DNA of 64,000 bases. Origin: an archaeon GW2011_AR18. GTDB lineage: Archaea; Nanobdellota; Nanobdellia; SCGC-AAA011-G17; GW2011-AR18. The DNA lies in the NCBI GenBank assembly GCA_000806155.1, contig JWKX01000012.1, positions 5,563 to 69,562 on the forward strand, in the 5' to 3' direction. Made by a program: the position numbers and the translations under genes. Positions 1-8,955 of the stretch are shown piece by piece; the first letter of the stretch is position 1, and each line of letters begins with the position of its first letter. The notes below the pieces were generated by a model. The model was given only the letters and a program-made list of their open reading frames with translations, was not told the DNA's origin and made no database searches.

Positions 1-210
1 TCTGCTCCATTAGGTGTTTTTGTTGTTAGGCAGGCTGTTCGTAAAGTTTTAGTCTCTGAAAAATATGAATTTAATTCTAAGAAAGAGATGTTAGACTTTG
101 CAAGAAATTTAGTTTTAACTAAATTAAGATATGATATTAATGCTCAGTTAAAAAATAGTATTTTATTAAATAAGTTTAATTCTCAGACTAAACTGAATAA
201 TTTCTTTTAG
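1..210 (+). CDS. nreA: Nre-family DNA repair protein, C-terminal end (partial at window edge)
   Basis: Manual translation SAPLGVFVVRQAVRK...SQTKLNNFF*. PLGVxVVR is the Nre C-terminal motif, and QTKLNNFF is a PCNA-binding PIP box. Confidence 0.75.
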   Translation, partial: SAPLGVFVVRQAVRKVLVSEKYEFNSKKEMLDFARNLVLTKLRYDINAQLKNSILLNKFNSQTKLNNFF

Positions 211-766
211 ACCCATCTGCTTAAAGCTGTTCCGATATCATTTAAGTGTGTAATATCATTCTTTATTCTTGTTACCCATTTATTGTTTTCATATGAGAAT
301 AACCTATATCTTTTCTTTCATTTTTTTTATCATATTCATCAACAAATTTTCTTGCCCATCTATTGAACCTTTTTATGCAATCATTTTGCGATTCTCCATT
401 TGGAGGACAAAAGTTTGGGTTTTCATTATTTATTCTATCTAACATTTCTGGTGTGTATATCTCGCTTCTTAGTCTTCCTTCCCAATCACCCTGTGATCTC
501 TCAACGAGATTATAGTTATAATTTACTTTATTATAAGGAAAATTTATCACACATAACATTTCTTCTATTGATTGTCTGCATCTTAATATTGGTGAGGAAT
601 GTAGTTCATCAAATGATATCCCTTCAATATTTAACCTCTCTCCTAATGCTCTTAGCTGTTTTCTTCCTCTATTTGTTAACTTCATATTGAAAGATCTTCC
701 CCAGATTATTCTTGCATCTAGATTACTCTCAGCTTCTCCATGTCTCATTAGGTAAAAGTTTAGCAT
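207..766 (-). pseudogene. Histidine phosphatase (phosphoglycerate mutase family), frameshifted by an internal deletion near 303 (probable assembly error)
   Basis: MRHGE catalytic motif and LVERSQGDWEG. The family C-terminus LFSYENNKWVTRIKNDITHL...WV* continues in another frame to a stop at 207-209, and the SHG...N segment is missing. Confidence 0.8.
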
Positions 767-785
767 ATTCGTAAAAGTTTAATTT

Positions 786-1461
786 TTATACTGTACTGCT
801 TATAGGTCTTCTTAGTCTTCTTTCATTCATCAGATCAGGATGCAGTTCTTCCAATCTTTTTAGGTATCTTCTCTCTCTTTCTATCCAGCTCTCAACTTTT
901 CCATCTAGCCAGTTTACTATATTGTCATCAAGACTCTGTCTTCTTAATTCTCTCTTATAGCTTAATACATTCCCTAATTTGTTTAATATTGATACTGTTT
1001 CATATATATTTAATTTTATTATATCATCTGCTTCTATTTGTTCATTAGACTCATACCCTTTTAGGAATTGTTCTCTATCATGTTGGGATAGGTTGATTAT
1101 AGAATTTGCGACATCTAATAGTCTGTCTCCGCATACTCCTACTGGGTCTATGACATATAATTGTTGATCATTTCCTATCAATACATTTGCGGGATTATAA
1201 TCTAAGTGTAATATCCTTGGCACATGTTCTAGTTCATCTAGACCTTGCAGAAATTTTTCGATGTTGATTCCAAGATATGATTCTACAATATTTTTTCTTT
1301 TGCCATTTGATGCTCTTCCTATAAGAAATTCTCTCCAGCTGTTTCCTGTTCCTATTCCTAATTCTGGATCTATATTTCCTGTTCCTGTTCCTTGTGCTTT
1401 ATGCATGCATGATAATATTGTACCCATTTCTCTTTGTGGATATGAATCGCTGTCTAGTTTA
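786..1461 (-). pseudogene. APH/choline kinase-like phosphotransferase, C-terminal part (gene split by the IS)
   Basis: HLDYNPANV catalytic loop and IDP metal motif. The frame extends up to the TSD as (PNH)KLDSDSYPQREMGTIL. Confidence 0.8.
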
Positions 1462-1469
1462 TGATTTGG
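1462..1469. repeat. Left 8-bp target site duplication TGATTTGG
   Basis: Identical copy at 3739-3746. Confidence 0.9.
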
Positions 1470-1717
1470 CTTTCTGTCACAAATTTAGGGCTTAATTAAC
1501 GTGTCAAGTGCGTGGCTAGAATATTATAAAATCTAATTTTTTATACAATATGTAAAAATTAATAGAAAGATATATAAAGGAGTAATACTCTATATTTATA
1601 GAGATGTTTACAGAAGTTTTAACATCTCCCTATTGGCTACCAACGTCTGCAGGTGTAGAACCGTCATCTTCCATTCCATGACGAAAAAATGATACTCACA
1701 TATGTGAGATAGGGAGA

Positions 1718-1987
1718 GTGTTGAGAATGGAAGTAAATGTCTCTGAAGGTTGCAAAGGCATATTACGTAAATTACTCAACCAAAATAGGATAGGTGGGAA
1801 GCATATTCCTGAATCCTTATGTATGTCTTGGATTAAACACCTACAGAAAAGAGAGCATAAAAATGCTGTTAAAGACTGGAAGTGGTGCATCAAAGAAGGC
1901 ATGGTTCTAACCAAACCAAAACCTTCAGACAGGCACGTATTTCTTAACCCTAAAAAGTTAAGAGAAATCCGAGAATTAATTGAGTAA
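1718..1987 (+). CDS. Small basic passenger protein of unknown function
   Basis: 89-aa ORF (LRKL..IGGKH..FLNP) within the IS; start uncertain. Confidence 0.65.
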   Translation: MLRMEVNVSEGCKGILRKLLNQNRIGGKHIPESLCMSWIKHLQKREHKNAVKDWKWCIKEGMVLTKPKPSDRHVFLNPKKLREIRELIE

Positions 1988-2124
1988 AAAAACGTAATAA
2001 AAAAACAACCTAAAGATGTCCCTCCGAACTTTGCCTAAGAGTTGGAGGGATATTCATATTTATATATTTTTTGGAAAGAAAAAAGGAGGCGATTAGATTG
2101 AGAGATGATAGGAGTACACAGGCA

Positions 2125-2430
2125 ATGCAAAAGAAATGGGGGACATTTTGTGAAATATTTGGAGCAACACCAAGAAATAGAGCATTAGAATTTTTTTTAG
2201 AAATGAGAGGATTAGATTATACAATAGGTGATATAGCAAAAGAAACAGGAATGAACAGGGCAACAACATATAACACTATGGAAGAACTAATAAGAGAAGA
2301 ATTCATAAAACCAACAAGAAAAGTAAGCGGAGGACAATTATATACACTAAATTTAGAAAAAAAAGAAGTAAAAAAATTAGTTGAAGTATTCAACAAAGTA
2401 TTAAACAAAATAGTAAAAAATTACAAATAA
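2125..2430 (+). CDS. Winged helix-turn-helix regulator (IS passenger)
   Basis: DYTIGDIAKETGMNRATTYNTMEEL helix-turn-helix with wing. ATG at 2125 follows GGAG; the track start is TTG 2071. Confidence 0.8.
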   Translation: MQKKWGTFCEIFGATPRNRALEFFLEMRGLDYTIGDIAKETGMNRATTYNTMEELIREEFIKPTRKVSGGQLYTLNLEKKEVKKLVEVFNKVLNKIVKNYK

Positions 2431-2470
2431 AAAATATCAAGCAGGGCATAGCCCTGCAGGAAGGACTAAA

Positions 2471-3724
2471 ATGCACGGCGAAGCACAATTTAATCCTCAA
2501 TCAGAGGAAAAGATAAATGAACTTAAAAGACTTTCTGAACTAAGAAAGGAGAGAGCAATAGCAATATTACATAAAGGAAAACCTAGTTTATTAGACAAAA
2601 ACACTTACCTAGTCCCATCAAGTGATGGAAAACATTCATATAAAGTAACACACTATGAAAATTATTCATGCGAGTGCAAAGACTTTAAAGAAAGATGTTT
2701 AAGAAACGGATTATTCTGTAAACATATTAATGCAATAATAATATTTTCTAAACTAAAAAACACGGTGGAATTACAAGATTACAATATTGAAAAGGAAATT
2801 AATAAAGAAGTCTGTTTCTATTGTAATTCAGAAAACATATTCAAGAGAGGAACAAGAACAACAAAAATAGGAACTAAACAATTATATTGCTGTAAAGATT
2901 GCAATAGAAGATTTACAATAGATGCGATAAAATATATCAAAGGAAACGCTAAATTAGTATGTCTAGCTATGGATTGCTACTACAAAGGAAATAGTTTAAG
3001 AGATATACAAGATATGTTTAAACAATTCTATAATTTAGAAGTTAGTCATGAAACTGTTAGAAGGTGGATAGTAAGATTTACTAAAATAATGGAAGATTAT
3101 ACAAGAGAACTAAAACCACAAGTAAGCGATAGATGGCATATAGACGAACAAAAAATAAAAGTAGGAAAAGAATGGTTATGGAGTTGGAATGCAATAGATA
3201 AAGATACTAAATTCTGGATAGCTAATAATGTAACTGAACAAAGAAGCATTAAAGACGCAAGAACATTACTAAAACAGACAAAAGAAAACGTAAAAGAAAT
3301 ACCAAAACATTTAGAGATAGTAACAGATGGTTTACATTCTTACAAGAAAGCAATAAAGAAAGAATTCAAAACACACAAAGACAGACTAAACAGACCATAT
3401 AATAATAGTGTATTACATATAGGAAAAGCAGGAATAAGAAAACCAATAAACAATAATATGGTAGAAAGATTAAACGGAGAATTCAGAGAATTTGACAAAG
3501 TAAGAAGAGGATTCTATGCTAAAGATACAGCACAAGACAACCTAAACGGAATGAGACTATATCATAATTTCATAAAAAAGAACATGGCTTTAAATGGATT
3601 AAGCCCATACGAAAAAGCAAATATAGACTTAAAACTAGAAAATAACAGGTGGCTAAGCTTACTAAATAAAAGCATAAAAGCCACACAAGTGACAAAACAA
3701 AAAGAAACAAAAGAAAGCCACTAA
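2471..3724 (+). CDS. IS6-family DDE transposase with N-terminal SWIM and zinc-ribbon domains
   Basis: SWIM CECKDF..CKH, zinc ribbon CFYC...CKDC, VSHETVRRWI, WHIDE, IVTDGLHSY, NNMVERLN. AGGAAGG precedes the ATG. Confidence 0.9.
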   Translation: MHGEAQFNPQSEEKINELKRLSELRKERAIAILHKGKPSLLDKNTYLVPSSDGKHSYKVTHYENYSCECKDFKERCLRNGLFCKHINAIIIFSKLKNTVELQDYNIEKEINKEVCFYCNSENIFKRGTRTTKIGTKQLYCCKDCNRRFTIDAIKYIKGNAKLVCLAMDCYYKGNSLRDIQDMFKQFYNLEVSHETVRRWIVRFTKIMEDYTRELKPQVSDRWHIDEQKIKVGKEWLWSWNAIDKDTKFWIANNVTEQRSIKDARTLLKQTKENVKEIPKHLEIVTDGLHSYKKAIKKEFKTHKDRLNRPYNNSVLHIGKAGIRKPINNNMVERLNGEFREFDKVRRGFYAKDTAQDNLNGMRLYHNFIKKNMALNGLSPYEKANIDLKLENNRWLSLLNKSIKATQVTKQKETKESH

Positions 3725-3738
3725 TTTAAGACATTAAG

Positions 3739-3746
3739 TGATTTGG
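3739..3746. repeat. Right 8-bp target site duplication TGATTTGG
   Basis: Identical to 1462-1469. Confidence 0.9.
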
Positions 3747-4055
3747 TACATATTCATATACAATTGCCTCAGTATCCCAATATCTATGTGTGTTATCAAA
3801 ATGTATATCTCCTGGAACATTAATTCCCATTGATTTATAAATTTGTAAAGTGAATCTTTCCCTATCAAAATCAGATGATGCACCCTCTCTAACCTTTAAA
3901 ACTAGTTCTGGTGCAGAATCATGATCCTTCATTAATAAGAAATTATAATTTACACAAGGATCAGATACTGGTGCTATTGAATTCATTCCAAAGTTTATGC
4001 TGGCATACCTTCTGGCTTTATCATATACTATTGCATTTTTTTCAGGAGTTTTCAT
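3739..4055 (-). pseudogene. APH-like phosphotransferase, N-terminal lobe (split by the IS)
   Basis: LVLKV...FDRE..GINVP...IVYEYVPNH. Joining through one TSD copy to 1461-786 gives a continuous 330-aa ORF. Confidence 0.8.
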
Positions 4056-4176
4056 TTTATCTCTTATTAGCTATAAATATATTATATCTTTTAATTACTT
4101 AATAACAGGCTATATAGTCTATATCTTTTTGATAGTAGTTCAAAATCTTTATATAGTGATTATTATTAAAAATTTC

Positions 4177-5289
4177 ATGCCTGATTTAAAAGAGAAAGCT
4201 GAGGAAATTCTTGCTCTAGCTGATATTAAGATTAATGGTTCTCGTCCTTGGGATATTAAAGTTAATAGTGATGAATTCTATAATATGGTGTTTGCTCATG
4301 GTTCTTTAGGTTTTGGTGAATCTTACATGGATGGTTTGTGGGATTGTAAAAAACTTGATGAACTTATCAATAAGATTTTTTTAGCTAAATTAAATAAGAA
4401 AGTTGTCCCTTTTTCTCTTATTTTTCCAGGATTGAAGGCTAAATTATTGAATATGCAAACTAAATCTAAGTCTAAAATTGTTGCTGAGCAGCATTATGAT
4501 CTTGGTAATGATTTTTATTCAGCTATGCTTGGTAATTCTATGCAGTATACCTGTGCTTATTGGAAGAATGCTAAGACTTTGGATCAGGCTCAGTTTAATA
4601 AGTTAGACTTAGTATGTAAGAAGCTTAATCTTAAGAAAGGTGATAAAGTTCTTGAGTTAGGCTGTGGTTGGGGTTATCTTGCTAAATTTATGGCTGAGAA
4701 TTATGGTTGTGAAGTTACTGCTTATAATATTTCTGAAGAACAAGTTAAATTCGCTAAAGGATTATGTAAAGGTTTGAAAGTGAATATAGTTAAAGCTGAT
4801 TATAGAGAAGCAGAAGGTGTTTTTGATAAAGTTGTATCTATTGGTTTATGTGAACATATTGGTTACAAGAATTATAGAGTTTTCATGGAATTAGCTGATA
4901 GATGTTTGAAACCTCACGGGTTGTTCTTATTGCATACTATTGGTGGTAGCAGGTCTGTTACTCATACTGATCCTTGGATTGAAAAATATATTTTCCCTAA
5001 TTCTATGCTTCCTTCTGTTAAACAGCTTTCAAGTGCTATGGAAGACTTATTTGTTATGGAAGACTGGCATAATTTCGGTGCTTATTATGATAGGACATTA
5101 TTAGCTTGGAATGATAATTTTGAGAAGAACTGGCCTAAGTTTAAAGATCAGTATGGTGAAAAGTTTTACAGAATGTGGAAGTTTTATTTATTATCTTGTG
5201 CTGCCTCTTTCCGTTGCAGGAAAAATCAATTATGGCAGATTGTATTGTCTAAAGATGGTATTTCAAACGGATACACTTCTGTAAGGTAA
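4177..5289 (+). CDS. cfa: Cyclopropane-fatty-acyl-phospholipid synthase family SAM methyltransferase
   Basis: GSLGFGESYMDG, HYDLGNDFY, MQYTCAYW, VLELGCGWG, WIEKYIFP, YRMWKFYL. Likely start is MPDLKEK at 4177; the track extension overlaps the divergent gene. Confidence 0.92.
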   Translation: MPDLKEKAEEILALADIKINGSRPWDIKVNSDEFYNMVFAHGSLGFGESYMDGLWDCKKLDELINKIFLAKLNKKVVPFSLIFPGLKAKLLNMQTKSKSKIVAEQHYDLGNDFYSAMLGNSMQYTCAYWKNAKTLDQAQFNKLDLVCKKLNLKKGDKVLELGCGWGYLAKFMAENYGCEVTAYNISEEQVKFAKGLCKGLKVNIVKADYREAEGVFDKVVSIGLCEHIGYKNYRVFMELADRCLKPHGLFLLHTIGGSRSVTHTDPWIEKYIFPNSMLPSVKQLSSAMEDLFVMEDWHNFGAYYDRTLLAWNDNFEKNWPKFKDQYGEKFYRMWKFYLLSCAASFRCRKNQLWQIVLSKDGISNGYTSVR

Positions 5290-5295
5290 ATTATT

Positions 5296-6654
5296 ATGAT
5301 AGGAATTCAAGAGTATATTAAGAAAAAACAGAACATTATACTAGAACTAAAAAATTCTAATAGTGATTCTATTTCTATTAATAAGAAAACCTCTAATTTG
5401 TTTAGGTCTAGGGATAATTCTAGTAGTAAGATTAATGTTAAGGATTTTAATAATGTTATATCTATAGATACTCATAATCTTGTTGCTGAAGTTGAGGGTA
5501 TGTGTACTTACGAAACTTTAGTTGATGAATGTCTTAAGTTTAATCTGATGCCTGCTGTTGTTCCTGAATTGAAGACTATTACTATTGGTGGTGCTTCTAC
5601 TGGTGTAGGTATTGAATCTTCATCTTTCAAGTTTGGTTTTGTTCACGAAACTATTCTAGAAATGGAAGTTTTGTTGTCTGATGGTTCTGTTGTGTTATGT
5701 AATGATAAAAGTAATAAAGATTTATTCTTTGGTTTTCCCAACTCTTATGGTACTTTCGGTTATGCTTTAAAAATTAAAGTTAAATTAGTTCCTGTAAAAA
5801 AATTTGTTAGATTAAACCATATTAAATATTCTGATTCTAAAAAATTTTTCTATGATCTGAATAAGTTTTGTTTACAATATAGAAATGACAATTTAGTTGA
5901 TTTTATTGATGGCGTTGTTTTTAACGAGAATGATATGTATATTACTTTAGCTAATTTTGTTGATGAAGCTTCTTTCATATCAGACTATAAGTTTATGAAT
6001 ATTTATTACAAATCAATTAAAGAAAAAGATGTTGACTACTTAACTGCTTTAGATTATATCTGGCGTTGGGATTATGATTGGTTCTGGTGTTCTAAACATT
6101 TCTTAGTGCAGAATAAGTTATTTAGGTTATTATTAGGTAAATTCATGCTCAAATCTAGTAAATACTGGAAGATTATGTTCTTTAACAGAAAATACAAATT
6201 AACTGAAAAGTTCGAGAAAGTTTTCGGAAAAAAATATTTTACAGAAAGTGTTGTTCAGGATGTTGAGATTCCAGTTAAGAATGCTGTTAAATTTTTAGAT
6301 TTTTTTAATAAAGATATTGGTATTAAACCAGTATGGGTTTGTCCTGCTATGAAATATAATCGTAAAGTAGATTATTCTTTATATTCTACAGATCATGATA
6401 CTTTATACATTAACTTTGGTTTCTGGGATGTTGTTAAGACTAAAGAACAATTTCCAGTAGGTTATTTTAACAAGAAAATAGAATCTATGGTTAAAAAACT
6501 TCATGGCAAGAAATCTTTATATTCAGATTCTTTCTATAATGAAGAAGAATTTTGGGAATTATATAATTCTAAAGTTTATTCTAAGTTAAAGAAAAAGTAT
6601 GATTCTCTAAAAAAATTAAAAACTCTTTATCAGAAATGTGTTTTAAGGAAGTAA
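5296..6654 (+). CDS. FAD-binding oxidoreductase of the PCMH/DHCR24-like family, Rv3719/TmsA-like
   Basis: KTSNLFR, GMCTYE, VVPELKTITIGG, GIESSSF, FPNSYGTFGY, WRWDYDWFWCS, VVQDVEIP, KSLYSDSFY. Starts 6 bp after cfa. Confidence 0.85.
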   Translation: MIGIQEYIKKKQNIILELKNSNSDSISINKKTSNLFRSRDNSSSKINVKDFNNVISIDTHNLVAEVEGMCTYETLVDECLKFNLMPAVVPELKTITIGGASTGVGIESSSFKFGFVHETILEMEVLLSDGSVVLCNDKSNKDLFFGFPNSYGTFGYALKIKVKLVPVKKFVRLNHIKYSDSKKFFYDLNKFCLQYRNDNLVDFIDGVVFNENDMYITLANFVDEASFISDYKFMNIYYKSIKEKDVDYLTALDYIWRWDYDWFWCSKHFLVQNKLFRLLLGKFMLKSSKYWKIMFFNRKYKLTEKFEKVFGKKYFTESVVQDVEIPVKNAVKFLDFFNKDIGIKPVWVCPAMKYNRKVDYSLYSTDHDTLYINFGFWDVVKTKEQFPVGYFNKKIESMVKKLHGKKSLYSDSFYNEEEFWELYNSKVYSKLKKKYDSLKKLKTLYQKCVLRK

Positions 6655-6656
6655 TT

Positions 6657-7661
6657 TTAGAATAATTTTTTATAACCTCTTTTTTGCATTTCTTTTAATA
6701 ATCCTTTTCTAAACTTTTCTATTTCAGTTATTGTTTTTTCTAATATTTCTATATTCTCATTTATTGCTTCATTTAATACATTAATTTTATCTATATCTTC
6801 ATTGTATTTTTTATTAAATTCCTCAGAAAATGATAATAACCTATTATTTAATTCAAAAAGTTTATTTTCCTCTTCCAATAAATTTCTTGTGCCATTTAAT
6901 AGACCTTCTATTAGTCCTAAAAGGCAATTGTATAATATTTCTTTAGCTTGATTATAGGTTATTTCTATAGAAGAATATCCATCCATATATTTTTTTCGCA
7001 GTTTATCTTGATAAGTTTTATAATTTGTTGTAGCCTTAACAATTTCATCAAGTATTTCAGAATCAGCTATTAATTCTTTATAATCATCTACACCGTCAGG
7101 AGCAGGCTCCCATTTAGAACCAGCTAATGTGTCAAAAAGATTATAAGTTGATCCAACATTATCACTAAATGCATTCGGTTCTCTTTCTCTATGGAGAATA
7201 TCTAGTCGATTTATATAAGCTTTTATTGTTTTATCTAATTTAGAAATAAATATTCGAAGTTCCTTTTCTGAAAAATCTAATCCAGCATTCATACTACGAT
7301 TTTCACTATCTTTTGGCAACGACCTACTAATTACCCATTTGATTAATGAATCTTCATCCGAATATTTCCAATTAAGGTTATGGATGGATAAATTAACTCT
7401 TAATTCACTTATTATTTCCTCAGCAACCTTTTCTGCAGTTATTAACTCTTTTTTTTCTCCAGCTAATTTTTTTAATACATCTGGTGTTGGACTAGGCGTA
7501 TGTCTTGATGTAGTAGTTGTTTGCAAAATAATTTTTTGTTCTCTAATTTTTTGTTCTACTATTTCTTCTTGTCTATTTATACTATTTAAAACAGCTACTG
7601 CGGCTGCTAGTAATGTTGCTCCTACAAATAGTTTATTCCTCTTTTTCTTTAACCAACTCAT
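6657..7661 (-). CDS. Hypothetical N-terminally anchored helical/coiled-coil protein
   Basis: 334-aa ORF with basic N-terminus and hydrophobic segment. Confidence 0.75.
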   Translation of the reverse strand: MSWLKKKRNKLFVGATLLAAAVAVLNSINRQEEIVEQKIREQKIILQTTTTSRHTPSPTPDVLKKLAGEKKELITAEKVAEEIISELRVNLSIHNLNWKYSDEDSLIKWVISRSLPKDSENRSMNAGLDFSEKELRIFISKLDKTIKAYINRLDILHREREPNAFSDNVGSTYNLFDTLAGSKWEPAPDGVDDYKELIADSEILDEIVKATTNYKTYQDKLRKKYMDGYSSIEITYNQAKEILYNCLLGLIEGLLNGTRNLLEEENKLFELNNRLLSFSEEFNKKYNEDIDKINVLNEAINENIEILEKTITEIEKFRKGLLKEMQKRGYKKLF

Positions 7662-7698
7662 ATAACTTTAATGTATGTTTAATATTTAAATTCTTCTT

Positions 7699-8955
7699 TT
7701 AATAAACACCATAAGGATATGATGGGTAATAATTGGGCTTATCCAAGTATGAAAATAAAAACACTATTATCATAGTTAGTATTATTGCTGTTCCTATAAA
7801 TACCACTATATAATTTAAGCTTTGTATTGGTTTGTACTTTATTCCAAAGTATATTGCTGGTCCAAATAGTAATGCTAATGTTAATAGTCCTAGCATTAAT
7901 CCTATTATTAGTATGAATATGTGATATTGATAGTAACGATTCATTTGGCCTAATAATATTACAAATACTGTCCATAGTCCTGTATTTATTGTTGCTGCGA
8001 TTAATCCTGCTATTATTGCTTTTGAATTATCATTTCCTTTTCTCAATAATTTTATTGCTTTTATTATTCCAAATATTACTCCTAGTAATAATAAGAGTCC
8101 TATTATTGTAAATATTGCTACTTTTCCTTTGTTTAGCGCTATCCATGATTCTGAATATTTTCCATTTACTTTTAAACTCTCTAGCGGATCTAGTGATGAT
8201 GCTGTTTTTACATAACTCCCATCTCCGACATAATTTATATTGCTTGAGATGATTGAGCTTTCAGCAGAACTTAATGTTTGTTTTGTTAATACAGGTATTA
8301 AGTTATTGTTTAGATATTGTACATTGCTTTTTCCTTCATTGAGGTATAATCCATTATTAACATTTATTCCTACTTTTACATGTTCTGTATCATAATATGT
8401 TTTTATTGTCTCAAAATTATAATTATATACTCCGGATTCTTTTGTTGTATAATCTTTCGCTTTATAATATACTATTATCTGTGTATCTTCTTGTGTATAT
8501 ACTGGTACACGAAGGTTTAGGCCTAGTAGTATTGAGTTTGATGTTACATGTTGTTTATAAGCTACTGTTGAATATTTTGGTGTATAATCTTTTTGTGTTG
8601 AATACTCTAAACATTTTGTCGCTGGTAATGTAGTAACATCGTTTGTTAATGGTATTGGTTCGTAATAATCATATCTTATACAAACCTCTTTATAATTATA
8701 ATATTGCTGTACTATATTTATTATCCTTATATTATTTCCTGGTATTTCAAGTTTTATTGCATTTAATGCTGTTCCCTTTATATTCTTAAAGTTTAGTCTT
8801 GCTACTACAGAAGCCTCTCCCTCATTATCAAAATTTACTGTATAATATTGTGAGCTTAATCCGTCTTGTGGGTTATATTCTGGTGGTGCTATACTTAATC
8901 CTAGAACCTGTGGTATTAATAATATTAACATTAATAATAGTATTTTGATTTTCAT
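7699..8955 (-). CDS. Membrane protein: signal peptide, extracellular beta domain, about 4 C-terminal TM helices
   Basis: Start MKIKILLL at 8955 overlaps the upstream stop (ATGA). Confidence 0.8.
   Translation of the reverse strand: MKIKILLLMLILLIPQVLGLSIAPPEYNPQDGLSSQYYTVNFDNEGEASVVARLNFKNIKGTALNAIKLEIPGNNIRIINIVQQYYNYKEVCIRYDYYEPIPLTNDVTTLPATKCLEYSTQKDYTPKYSTVAYKQHVTSNSILLGLNLRVPVYTQEDTQIIVYYKAKDYTTKESGVYNYNFETIKTYYDTEHVKVGINVNNGLYLNEGKSNVQYLNNNLIPVLTKQTLSSAESSIISSNINYVGDGSYVKTASSLDPLESLKVNGKYSESWIALNKGKVAIFTIIGLLLLLGVIFGIIKAIKLLRKGNDNSKAIIAGLIAATINTGLWTVFVILLGQMNRYYQYHIFILIIGLMLGLLTLALLFGPAIYFGIKYKPIQSLNYIVVFIGTAIILTMIIVFLFSYLDKPNYYPSYPYGVY

Larger units (their letters stand above)
1470..3738 (+). 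mobile_element. IS6-family-like insertion element (2269 bp) with two passenger genes
   Basis: Flanked by the 8-bp TSD. Imperfect terminal inverted repeats CTTTCTGTCACAAATT and CTTAATGTCTTAAATT (12/16 match). Contains a DDE transposase. The top strand is A-rich, unlike the T-rich flanks. Confidence 0.88.

Noticed and set aside
1340..1396. GTGTGN/GTGN repeat in the kinase
   Set aside because: Short in-frame low-complexity duplication with no independent structure.
3997..4176. Hydrophobic N-terminal extension on Cfa
   Set aside because: It overlaps the divergent kinase gene and promoter region; family similarity starts at 4177.
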